Of a DNA stretch of 64,000 nucleotides, positions 1 to 34,300 are shown piece after piece. The number at the start of each line of letters is the position of its first letter. The stretch's first letter is position 1. The notes beneath the pieces were generated by a model, which worked only from the letters and a program-made list of their open reading frames with translations, made no database searches and was not told where the DNA came from. The position numbers and the translations under genes were made by a program. Source of the DNA: Narcine bancroftii (taxonomy: Eukaryota); assembly GCF_036971445.1 (NCBI RefSeq), contig NC_091471.1, forward strand, positions 232,500,001 to 232,564,000, in the 5' to 3' direction.

Positions 1-522
1 GCTCTCTTATTTTCCCCACCCCCATCCCGCCCTCTGGCGGGTTTTCGCTTCCTCCTACTCCGCCCCGGCGATTGGTTGCATGGACTGCTAATCACCTCCC
101 CACCCTCGAACTCAACGTAGTGACATCATCAATCTGTCAGCCATCCTGCGAACAATTGGATAATCTAGCCGTCAATCATTTGTAACCTCGCTCACGCCCT
201 ATCTATTTTTCATTGGCCAGGGCTGCCAAGTGACTGGACTCCATTGGGTGCGTCATGGGACCCGACCCCGCGCGGAAGCCCAATCCGCCGGCCATCTGCT
301 GCGCCGGCAATCTTCAGCGCCTGGCAGCGAGCGCGTGCGCAGTGGGGGGGGAGAGGACGCGATCGCCGACTGTTTCGTCCAGTGACGTTTCATGCAAATC
401 GCCATACAACGTTGGGGCGTCCGTCCGATTGGCCGGGGCCGCCGCCGCTCGATTGGCTGTGGGAGGCGGAGCCACGTGGAGCGCAGGCCGGGCGGGCACC
501 AGCGGCTGTGATGGAAGTCGCC

Positions 523-8202
<7,680 letters not shown>

Positions 8203-8499
8203 GGGAGGGGGACTGGATACCGAATCCTGGACTAAGGGCACAGGTCAAACAATGAGGAGTGACCAGGGTGCGGAAGGAAGAGAGGTCTCACCAGGAGGTC
8301 CTGCTGAAGATGACGAGCACCTCAAGGCTGTTGCAATACGATGGTTAGTTCGGGGGTGTCCAATCTTTGAGTGAAGGTGATCAGTAAACTTCCAGATGAC
8401 AAGAAAATCTGTGTGGTGTACACATTGTGTAGCGATTGTGATCACAGTTTCCAATAGGATCGAGACCTTTTGTAGTGAGTTGTGCGACAGAGGCCTCAG

Positions 8500-9992
8500 G
8501 GGTCGGGGACCGACACAGTGAACGGTGGGGAGTGTTGTAGAATAGAGAGACCAACGGGTACAGGGACCAACATGATGAACAGTCAGGAGTATTATAGAAC
8601 AGAGAGACCTCCGGGTATGGGTACCGACACGGTGCATGATGGGGAGTGTTGTAGAACAGAGAGACTCGGGATACCGGACTGACACAGGGAATGGTGGGGA
8701 GTGTTATAGAACAGAGAGACCTCCGGGTACGGGGACCGACATGGTGAACAGTGGGGAGTGTTGTAGAACAGAGAGACCTCCGGGTACAGGGACCAACATG
8801 GTGAACAGTGGGGAGTGTTGTAGAACAGAGAGACCTCCGGGTACGGGGACTGACACAGTGCATGATGAGGAGTGTTGTAGAACAGAAAGACCTCGGGGTA
8901 CGGGGGCCGACACAGTGAACAGAGGGGAGTGTTGTGGAACAGAGAGACTCTGGGTACAGGGACTGACACGGTGAACAGTGCGGAGTGTTGTCGAACAGAG
9001 AGACCTCAGGGTAATGGGACTGACACTGTGAACAGTGGGGAGTGTTATAGAACAGAGACCTTGGGATACAGGGACAGACACAGTGAATGTTGGGGAATGT
9101 TGTCGAACAGAGAAACCTCAGGGTACAGGGACCGAAAAGGTGAACGGTGGGGAATGTTATAGAACAGAGAGACCTCCGGGTACGGGGACCGACATGGTGA
9201 ACAGTGGGGAGTGTTGTAGAACAGAGAGACTCGGGATACGGGACTGACACGGGGAATGGTGGGGAGTGTAGTAGAACAGAAAGACCTCGGGGTACGGGGG
9301 CCGACACAGTGAATGAACAGAGGGGAGTGTTGTGGAACAGAGAAACTCAGGGTACAGGGACTGACACGGTGAACGGTGGGGAGTGTTGTATAACAGAGAG
9401 ACTTTGGGGTATACGGACCGACACAGTGAATGGTGGGGAATGTTGTAGAACAGAAACCTTGGGGTACGGGGACTGACACGGTGAATGGTGGGGAGTGTTG
9501 TAGAACAGAGATTTGTCGCGGTATGGTAAAAAGCACGGTGATCAGTTTGGAGTGTTGTAGAACAGAGACCTCGAGGTACAGGGACCGACATGGTGGGGAG
9601 TGTTGTAGAACAGATGACAGGGTATGGGGACTGACACAATGAATGGTGTGGAGTGTTATAGAACAGATTCCTTGTGGTACGGGGACTGACACGGTGAACG
9701 GTGAGGAGTGTTATAGAACAGACACACCTCGGGGTACAGGGACTGACAGGGAATGGTGGGGAGTGTTGTAGATCAGAGAGACCTTGGGGTACAGGAACTG
9801 ACAAGGTGAATGGTGGGGAGTGTTTTAGAACAGAGGGATTCGGGGTACGGGGACCGTCATAGTGAACAGTGTGGGGAGTGTTGTAGAACAGAGACCTCGA
9901 GGTACGGGGACTGACACAATGAACGGTGGAGAGTGTTATAGAACAGAGAGACCTCGGGGTACGGGGACCAACACGGTGATCGGAGTGGAGTG
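8500..9992 (+). repeat. ~60-bp CR1-derived minisatellite, left block
   Basis: Unit GGGACTGACACGGTGAACGGTGGGGAGTGTTGTAGAACAGAGAGACCTCGGGGTAC, about 24 copies. Confidence 0.9.
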
Positions 9993-12714
9993 ATGTGATA
10001 GCAATTTGTGAGACATGGTTGAAGGAAGGTTGTGACTGGCAGCTAAATATTCCAGGATTTTGCTGCTTTAGATGTGACAGAACTGGCGGGGTATGAGGGG
10101 GGAGGTGTGGCGTTGCTTGTCAGGGAAGATATTACAGCAATTCTGAGGCAAGATAGACTGGAGGACTCATCACGCGAGGCTCTTTGGGTTGAACTAAAAA
10201 ATAAGAAAGGTGAGGCTACAAATATAGTATATTATAGGCCACCAAAAGAGGATAGGGAACTGGAAGAGCAAATATTCAGGGAAATAGCTAAAATGTGTAG
10301 TAGAAATAGGGTTGTGATAGTTGGGGATTTCAATTTTCCTAACATTGATTGGGAAACTCAATCAGTGAGAGGGCAGGGTGGCTTAGTCTTTGTACAATGT
10401 GTACAGGATTGCTTTTTACAGCAGTATGTTGAGGTGCCTACTAGAGGGGAGGCAGTGTTAGATCTATTGTTAGGGAATGGAATAGGGCAGGTGAGGGAAG
10501 TGTGCGTTGGTGAGAACTTTGGATCCACTCATCATGGGTTCATTAGCTTCAACTTAAATATGGAAAGGGATAGGTCAGGTCCGAGGTTAAAGGTATTCAA
10601 GTGGGGAAAGACCAGATTTGAAGAAATAAGAAGGGATTTGTCGAAAATTGTATGGGCTGATCTTTTTTCTGGAAAGGATCCAGAGGAGATTTGGAGGGTA
10701 TTTAAAGAAGAAATATTGAGAGTACAGGATCTTTACGTGCCAGTCAGATCGAAAGGCAAGGCCAAAAGTTCAAGGGAACCGTGGTTTTCTGGAAAAGTTA
10801 GGAAGCTGGTTCAGGATAAGAGGGGGGCATTTACTAAATTTAAGAAGCAAAAAATGGATAAGATGTACGATTATTACATAGATTGCAGAAAAAACCTGAA
10901 GAAAGAAATTACAAAGGCAAAAAGGTAAGAGGTGTCAGTAGCTGATCAGGTAAAAGTAAATCCTTAGGGTTTTTACAGATATGTGAATAGTAAAAGGGTG
11001 AAGGATAGAATAGGACCGCTGGAAAAATGAGAGCAGTGAACTGTACGAGGAACAGTATCAGACGGGAGAGATATTAAAACAATTTTTTCTCATCTGTGTT
11101 CACGAAGGAAAAGGACATTGGACTATGTGAGATAAGTGAGGCAAATGGCTTATGGAAAATAGAGGGATTAATAAAGAGGGTTTTGGAGCTTCTCGGGTCA
11201 GTAAAAATGGATGTCTCCTGGTCCTGATGGGATTTTCCCCAGGATATTAAGGGAAGTCAGGGAGCAAATAGCGGAGGCACTGTCAGTGATTTTTCGACGA
11301 TCACTGGAGGAGGGAGTGGTGCCGCGGAATTGGAGGGTTGCTAATGTAGTTTCGTTGTTTAAAAAAGGCACGAGGAGTCGGCCAAGTAATTATAGGCCTG
11401 TAAGCTTGACTTCGGTGGTAGGGAAAGTTATGGAGGGTATTCTTAGAGATGGTGTGTATAAATATCTAGATAAGCAGGGATTGATCGGGAGCACCCAGCA
11501 TGGGTTTTTCGAAGAAGTAGGGCGATTAATGTAGTCGTACTCTATCTGGATTTTAACAAAGCTTTTGACAAGGTTCCACATGAAAAGTTAGTAAGGTTCA
11601 GTCACTAGGAATTTATAGAGAAATAGTAAGATAGGTTCAGAGGTGGCTGGAGGAGAGACTGCAGAGGGTCATGGAGGACGACTGTCTGTCAGGATGGAAG
11701 CCTGTGATGAGCAGAGTACCTCAAGGATTGGTGCTAGGTCCCCTGTTGTTCATAATTTATATTATAAATTATGGGGTGGTTAACTGGGTAAGTCAATACG
11801 CAGATTATATAAAAATAGGGGGAGTGGTGGATAGCGAGGAAGGTTTTCAGGGATTACAGAGGGATTTGGTTTGTCTGGAAAATAGGGCTGAAAGATGGCA
11901 GATGGAATTTAATGTAGAAAAGTGTGAGGTGCTTCATTTTGGAAAAAATAATTAAAATAGGACATATTTAGTAAAGGGGAGGACATTGGGGAATGCACAA
12001 GAACAAAGAGATCTTGGAGTTATGGTGCAACATTCCTTGAAGGTAGATCCCCATGTTGACCATGTGGTTAAGAAGGCATTTGGTATGTTAGCCTTCATAA
12101 ATCATAGCATAGCGTATAGGAGCTGGGACGTGATGCTGCGACTGTTTAAGGCATTGGTGAGGCCAGGTTTGGAGTATTGTATTCATTTCTGGTCTCCAAA
12201 TTATAGGAAAGATATAGATAAGGTGGAGAGGGTGCAGATAAAATTTACGAGGATGTTGCCTGGATTAAAATACCTTGAATACAGAGAAAGATTGAAGAAG
12301 TTAGGACTTTATTCATTGGAACGTAGAGGGTTGAGAGGGGATTTGATAGAGGTGTTTAAAATTATGAAGGGAATAGATAGACTAGATGCAAGTAGAATCT
12401 TCCCCCTGAGAACAGGAGAGGTTAAAACAAAAGGACACAAGTTGAGGGTAAGGGGGCAAAATTTTAGGTGAAACATTAGAGAATGCTTCTTCACTCAGAG
12501 TGGTGGCTGAATGGAATAATCCTCTGGAGGAAAGAGTTGAGGCAGTGGCAATTCTTTCATTTAAGAGAAGGCTGGATATGTACATGGATAAGAGGGGATT
12601 GGAGGGTTATGGGTGGAAAATAGGCGGGAGGGGATCTAGCAGAGTTATTTGAGTGAACCAGCATGGACTTGAAGGGCCGAGATGGCTGTTTCCATGCCAA
12701 AAACTGTTATATGG
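9993..12714 (+). mobile_element. CR1 LINE, 5'-truncated ORF2 (endonuclease + reverse transcriptase), broken by stops and frameshifts
   Basis: VIAICETW, VIVGDFNFPNIDW, LDLLLGN, SPGPDGIFPRILRE, NYRPVSLTSVVGK, VPQGLVLGPLLF, QYAD, EQRDLGV, LGLYSLERR, followed by a CR1-type 3' UTR. Confidence 0.93.
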
Positions 12715-13805
12715 TTGTAGAACAGAGAGACCTTAGGGTACAGGACTGACACGGAGAACAGTGGGGACTGTCATAAAACAGAGTCCTTGTGGTACAGGAA
12801 ATGACACAGTGAATGGTGGGAAGTGTTATAGAACAGAGGGACTCAGGGTACGGGAACCGACACAGTGAACAGTGGGGAGTGTTGTAGAACATAGAGATCT
12901 AGGGGAACGAGGACTGACACGGGAATGATGGGGAGTGTTGTAGAACAGAGAGAAATCGTGGTATGGGGACCAACTCAATGAATGGTGGGGAGTGTTGTAG
13001 AACAGAGACCTCGGTGTACGGGGACCAATACTGTGAACGATTGGGAGTGTTGTAGATTGAGAGACCTCGGGGTACGGGGACCGACACGGTAAACGGTGGG
13101 GAGTGTCGTAGAACAGAGTGCTTGTAGTACAGAGACTGACACAGTGAATGGTGGGGAGTGTTGTAGAACAGAGACGATGGGCTATGGTGACTAACAATGA
13201 ACAGTGGGGAGTGATGTAGAACAGAGTCCTTGTGGTACGGGGACTGACATGGTAAATGGTGGGATGTGTTATAGAACAGAGACCTCTGGGTATAGGGACT
13301 GACATGGTCAACGGTGGGGAGTGTCGTAGAACAGAGACCTTGGTGTACAGGGACAGACACGATGCACAGTGAAGAGTGTTGTAGAGCAGAGGGATATCAG
13401 GTAACAGGACCGACACTGAATGGTGGGGAGTATTGTAGAACAGAGAGACCTCGGGGTGCAGGGACCGACACGGTGAATGATGGGGAGTGTTGTGGAACAG
13501 AGACACAACGGGGACTGACAAAATTAACGGTGGGGAGAGTTGTAGAACAGATTCCTTGTGGTACGTGGTCTGACAGGGTGAATAGTGAGGAGTGTTGTAG
13601 AACAGAGACCTTGGGGTACAGGGACTGACAAGGTGAATGGTGGGGCGTGTTGGAGAACAGAGGGACTCGGGGTACAGGGATCGACATAGTGAACAGTGGG
13701 GAGTGTTGTAGAACAGAGAGACCTCGGGGTATGGGGACCGACAGGGAGCAGTTACGGTGGGGAGTGTTGTAGAACAGAGAGACCTCTGGGTACGGGGACC
13801 AACAT
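12715..13805 (+). repeat. ~60-bp CR1-derived minisatellite, right block
   Basis: Same unit as 8500-9992; resumes at TTGTAGAACAG directly after the CR1. Confidence 0.9.
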
Positions 13806-14593
13806 GGAGCAGTTTGCGTGTGACGGGGAAGGAGTGGGAAAGTCAGGTATGGGTGGGAAGGATGAGGAAACTTCCAGCTTTCCACACGTGATGGGGTGTA
13901 GGAACCTCTTCCCAAGTCAAGCCAGCTGAACCAAGAGTGGAATCTACAGTCGGTGTAAATGTGACCACTGTGAGTTTCTGCATCGATCATTGCCCAACTT
14001 TGGGGTGCAGCTAGAAAAGGGAACAGATTCTTGCAGGAGCTGCCCACATGGCCACCTGCTATTATCTTCTCACCGCCCCCATCCTTCACCACAATCTGGA
14101 TCATATGTCTCACCAGAGCTTCAACGCTCCTCCACTCTCACTAGTGGTTCTCCCTGTGGTCTCTTCCATATCCTCTCCATCCCACCCCAGGAGTCTGTGA
14201 CAGATGGGGGGGGGAAGGGGACTTCACTCTGGGTCCCATCCCAGGAATATGTGAAGGAAGGGGGCTACACTCTGGGTCCCACCCCGGGAATGTGTGACGG
14301 AGCTTCACTCTGTCCCACCCCGGGAGTGTGTGACGGTAGTGGGGGGAGGGGGCTTCGCTCTGTCCCACCTCTTAAGTTGAGAAACATTTTGTTGTCCTGT
14401 TGTTGTTTTTCCCCGATTTATTCCCTCTTAAGTTGTGTAACGGGATGGGACGGGGGTGGGGTGGGCTTTGCTCTGTCCCACCTCTCAAGCTGAGAAACAT
14501 TTTGTAGTCCTGTTAAGTTGTTTTTCCCCCCGATTTATTCTCGACGAATCTGCACACTCACAGCCGTCCATACAAAATACTCTTTGCATAGAT

Positions 14594-14599
14594 TTTATT
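14594..14599 (-). terminator. Probable SRCAP polyadenylation signal (AATAAA)
   Basis: TTTATT on the + strand, ~930 nt past the SRCAP stop, at the end of unique UTR-like sequence. Confidence 0.5.
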
Positions 14600-15525
14600 C
14601 AAAAGATACATGTATTGTACACAGGGTTGCAGAACCCATCCCAGGACGAGTGGGCTGCACATGGATAGGGGCTGGACAGTCATTACTCCAAAATCTTCTT
14701 TAATATCACATAATTAGAACAGCTAGATTCTAGGAAGGAAGGGAAAGAGAGGGAAGGAGGGAGAGGGGCTGAGGGCTGCATTGCCTCCCAAGGTCCCTGA
14801 CACCGACCCGACAAGGTGTGTGTGTTCCTGCTTCAAGCCCCAACTGTTTGGTCCGAGGTCTGGGGTAGATGTGCGGAGCAAGTGGGCGGGGGGGGGGGGG
14901 GTTGTGAGGGGGGAACCCCCTCAGCCTGAAGGGAGAAGGGCCGGTGGTGGAGGCAGGGTATCTCAGTCCCGCTGGGGGATGATCCACGGGGTGGTGGGAC
15001 CAGTCGATGCTCAGGGAGCCCCATCACCCCGCCCACACTCCCCTCCAACTCCTCAGCACCACCCATTCTCATTAACTAACTACTGGGCCTCCATCCCCAA
15101 ACACACCAGGGGGGCTTCTCCCCCACTTGGAGCCCCTTATCCCACCCATCCCAGTCCTTCTCTTTCCCTTCACCTCCCCAGTCTTGGGCCTCTCCCTGCC
15201 TTCCTCCCATCCCTCCAGGCCTCTCACCTTTACCTTCAACAGGACTCTCTTCCCCTGCTGGTCCCTCTCGTTCTTGAACCCCCCCCTCAGGCAACTCTAC
15301 TTCACCCCGTCAGGACCCTTTCTCCCCTACAGGCCCCTCACCCCCACCCCCTCGAGCCCCCTCTCCCTTTTTTCATCCCTCCCTTCCTCAAAGGCTGGGG
15401 ACCCTCTCTTTTCCCTCTAAGGACCCCCCTCCGTTGGGGTTGGGGGATGATGTCCCAGGGTGTCATTCTCTGCCCCCTCCCTTGGTACCGGGGTGTTTGA
15501 GCCACCTCCCTTGGCCCGGGGAAGG

Positions 15526-30902
<15,377 letters not shown>

Positions 30903-31168
30903 CTGTGGGAGGTGGGGGCCGGGAGAGGAGGAGAGAGAGGAACAAACAGGAGGGAGGAAGAGCGAGTGAGGGATGGGGAGCAGAGGGAGAGAGAGAGCGA
31001 GGGGAGAGGCAGGAGAGGGAGAGAGTGAGGAAGGGAGAGAGCAATCAGAGGAAGGAAGGAAGGGAGAGATGGAGTGGAGGGAGAGAGAAGCAGAGGGAGA
31101 AAGAGTGAGGGAAGAGAGCGATGAGAGAGGGAACAGGAAGAGGAGAGAGGGAGGGAAGGAGGGAGAAT

Positions 31169-31368
31169 NNNNNNNNNNNNNNNNNNNNNNNNNNNNNNNN
31201 NNNNNNNNNNNNNNNNNNNNNNNNNNNNNNNNNNNNNNNNNNNNNNNNNNNNNNNNNNNNNNNNNNNNNNNNNNNNNNNNNNNNNNNNNNNNNNNNNNNN
31301 NNNNNNNNNNNNNNNNNNNNNNNNNNNNNNNNNNNNNNNNNNNNNNNNNNNNNNNNNNNNNNNNNNNN
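31169..31368. other. Assembly gap of 200 N
   Basis: Run of N. The flanks are an internal SRCAP intron and the middle of a BCKDK exon. Confidence 0.99.
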
Positions 31369-34300
31369 TGAGGTGGTGTGTCGCCAGCATTCGCATCCCC
31401 AGTCTCGATGTGAGGGTCTTGTCAGGAAAGTCTTGATGATCGTCTCATCCTTGGGGTTGTGGAGAGACAAGGCCCAGGTGTCAGTCCCCTGGAGACACGT
31501 TCCAACCGCATTCACCCCAGGAGTACTGCACTCCCTCCAGTGACGTGTTCCTGCCTGTGATCCCGACCTCAGATTGTTCCTCCCTGACCATATGCGCTTC
31601 CCCTGAAGATGTGTTATTGCCCATGTTGCCACCCCGGGTGAACAGCGCTTCCCCTGGAGACATGTTCCTGCCCGTCTCCCCACCCTGGGCATACTGCGTT
31701 CCCCCAGCAATGTATTCCCACCCTAGATGGTCTGTGCTCCACCAGCGAGGTGTTCCCTCTGGCGTTCCTGCCCTGGACAGTCTGCGCTCCCCCAGAGACA
31801 CCTTCCTCCCTGGACGGTCTGCACTTCCCCAAGACGGGTTCCTCAATGCACGGTCTGCGCTCCCCCGGAGACGCGTTCTTCCCTGGATGGTCTGTGCACC
31901 CCCGGAGACATGTTCCTGCCCTGGGTGGTCTGCATTTCCCTGGAGAAATGTTCCTGTTCGTGTTTGTCCCCAGACATACCGCACTCTCCTGGATGCCTTC
32001 CCTCCACAGAAATCACTAACCCAGAAACTCATTCCTGCCTGCATTCCCCCTCCATGCAGCATGCGGATTCCCCTCAGACGCTCGCCACCCTCACCTTGAT
32101 GTACTTGCGGCTCTCACGGAAGCCCTCAGCGAGCATGGTGACAACGTCCTTGTGGTCATCAAGGAGCTGTTGCAGGAGGCGACAGTACTGCCCCTCCGTC
32201 TCGCTGTCTTTGATCTGTGGGCGGGGAGGGGGGGGGATGGGACACGCAGCAGGGGTCTGCTGTTAAACATTCTCCAGCATTGGGGAGGGAGGAGGACGAG
32301 TGGGGGGGGGGGGCAGAACAGGGAGTAGTGGAGAGTGGGCTGTGGGGGGGAGAGTGGGGGCTGCGGGGGGAGCGCGGGGGCCGGGGGGGGAGCGCGGGGC
32401 CGGGGGGGGAGCGCGGGGGCCGGGGGGGGAGCGCGGGGGCCGGGGGGGGAGCGCGGGGGCCGGGGGGGGAGCGCGGGGGCCGGGGGGGAGCGCGGGGCGG
32501 GGGGGAGCGCGGGGGCCGGGGGGGGAGCGCGGGGGCGGGGGGGGAGCGCGGGGGCCGGGGGGGGAGCGCGGGGGCCGGGGGGGGAGCGCGGGGGCCGGGG
32601 GGGGAGCGCGGGGGCCGGGGGGGGAGCGCGGGGGCCGGGGGGGGAGCGCGGGGGCCGGGGGGGGGAGCGCGGGGGCCGGGGGGGAGCGCGGGGGCCGGGG
32701 GGGGAGGCGGGGGCCGGGGGGGGGGAGCGCGGGGGCCGGGGGGGAGCGGGGGGCCGGGGGGGGAGCGCGGGGGCCGGGGGGGGGAGCGCGGGGGCCGGGG
32801 GGGGGAGCGCGGGGGCCGGGGGGGGGGAGCGCGGGGGCCGGGGGGGGGAGCGCGGGGGCCGGGGGGGGGAGCGCGGGGGCCGGGGGGGGAGCGCGGGGGC
32901 CGGGGGGGAGCGGGGGCCGGGGGGGAGCGCGGGGGCCGGGGGGGAGCGCGGGGGCCGGGGGGGGGGGGAGCGCGGGGGCCGGGGGGGAGCGCGGGGGCCG
33001 GGGGGGGAGCGCGGGGGCCGGGGGGGAGCGCGGGGGCCGGGGGGAGCGCGGGGGCCGGGGGAGCGCGGGGGCCGGGGGGAGCGCGGGGGCCGGGGGCAGC
33101 GCGGGGGCCGGGGGGAGAGCGCGGGGGGACGGGGAGCGGGGGGACGGGGAGCGGGGGGGACGGGGAGGACGGGGAGCGGGGGGACGGGGAGCGGGGGGGA
33201 CGGGGAGCGGGGGGGACGGGGAGCGGGGGGGACGGGGAGCGGGGGGACGGGGAGCGGGGGGACGGGGAGCGGGGGGACGGGGAGCGGGGGGGACGGGGAG
33301 CGGGGGGGACGGGGAGCGGGGGGGACGGGGAGCGGGGGGGACGGGGAGCGGGGGGGACGGGGAGCGGGGGGACGGGGAGCGGGGGGACGGGGAGCGGGGG
33401 GGACGGGGAGCGGGGGGGACGGGGAGCGGGGGGGACGGGGAGCGGGGGGGACGGGGAGCGGGGGGGACGGGGAGCGGGGGGGACGGGGAGCGGGGGGGAC
33501 GGGGAGCGGGGGAGGTGGAAGCAGAGGTGTGGATACTCACCGGCTGGAACTCACTCAGCTTCTGGAAAGCCCTGATGTACAGTTCGTGCTGAGGGCGAGA
33601 TGGGGTTGGGGTGGGAAGAGGTGAAGCCGGCGGCAGCACAGGTGAAAGGTTTCCCGCACCACAAAGGCAAATTAGCCCATCTCCTCCATGCTGCCCCTCT
33701 TGATCCTGGCCCCTTTCCCCTCTGAATGCTACGCGCACCAGTCTCACCTTTGCCAGGGTACTTTGATCCTTGGACAGGACTGGGTTGTGGGTGGGCCAGC
33801 ATTGCCCCTCTGGTCAGTATCCCTGTCTGTTGGTGAGCCAGGGCAGCCTCCTCTGCCCATGGTAGCCTCGGGCTCTAGGATCCCAGGCCTGTGTCCCCGG
33901 CCTAGCACGCCAAGCCTCAATATCTACAAACCCATGCCTCGGGCCTCTCACACCCTTGAGGCTCCAGTACCCTTCCCACCCCACTGACTTCTAGGCCTGC
34001 TCCTGAAGCCTCAATCCCCATGGCCAAGATTCAGGCTCAGCCTTGCCCAGATCTGTTCTCCCACCCTCCTTCGCCTGCTTTTTCCCCCTCCCCTCCCCAC
34101 ACCCCAGGCCAGGGGCCCCCCCACTCCCCTAGGCTTGCTCTCTTCCTCCCTCACCCAGGCCTGCTCTCCCACTCACAACTCTCTGCCCCCATATCTGCAG
34201 GCTAACTAGCACCCTCACACTTACCACCTGGAGGATGGTCGGGTTACAGCCCAGGATGAATGGGAGGTTGCGGATGGACTTGATGCGATGGGCAATGCGG

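Noticed and set aside
8381-9804. Cys/His-rich repetitive ORFs resembling zinc fingers
   Set aside because: Translations of the 60-bp minisatellite; frames shift between units.
32217-33747. 430-494 aa Gly/Arg- and Pro-rich ORFs (collagen- or EBNA1-like)
   Set aside because: Open in several frames only because the G/C repeat lacks T; lies within a BCKDK intron.
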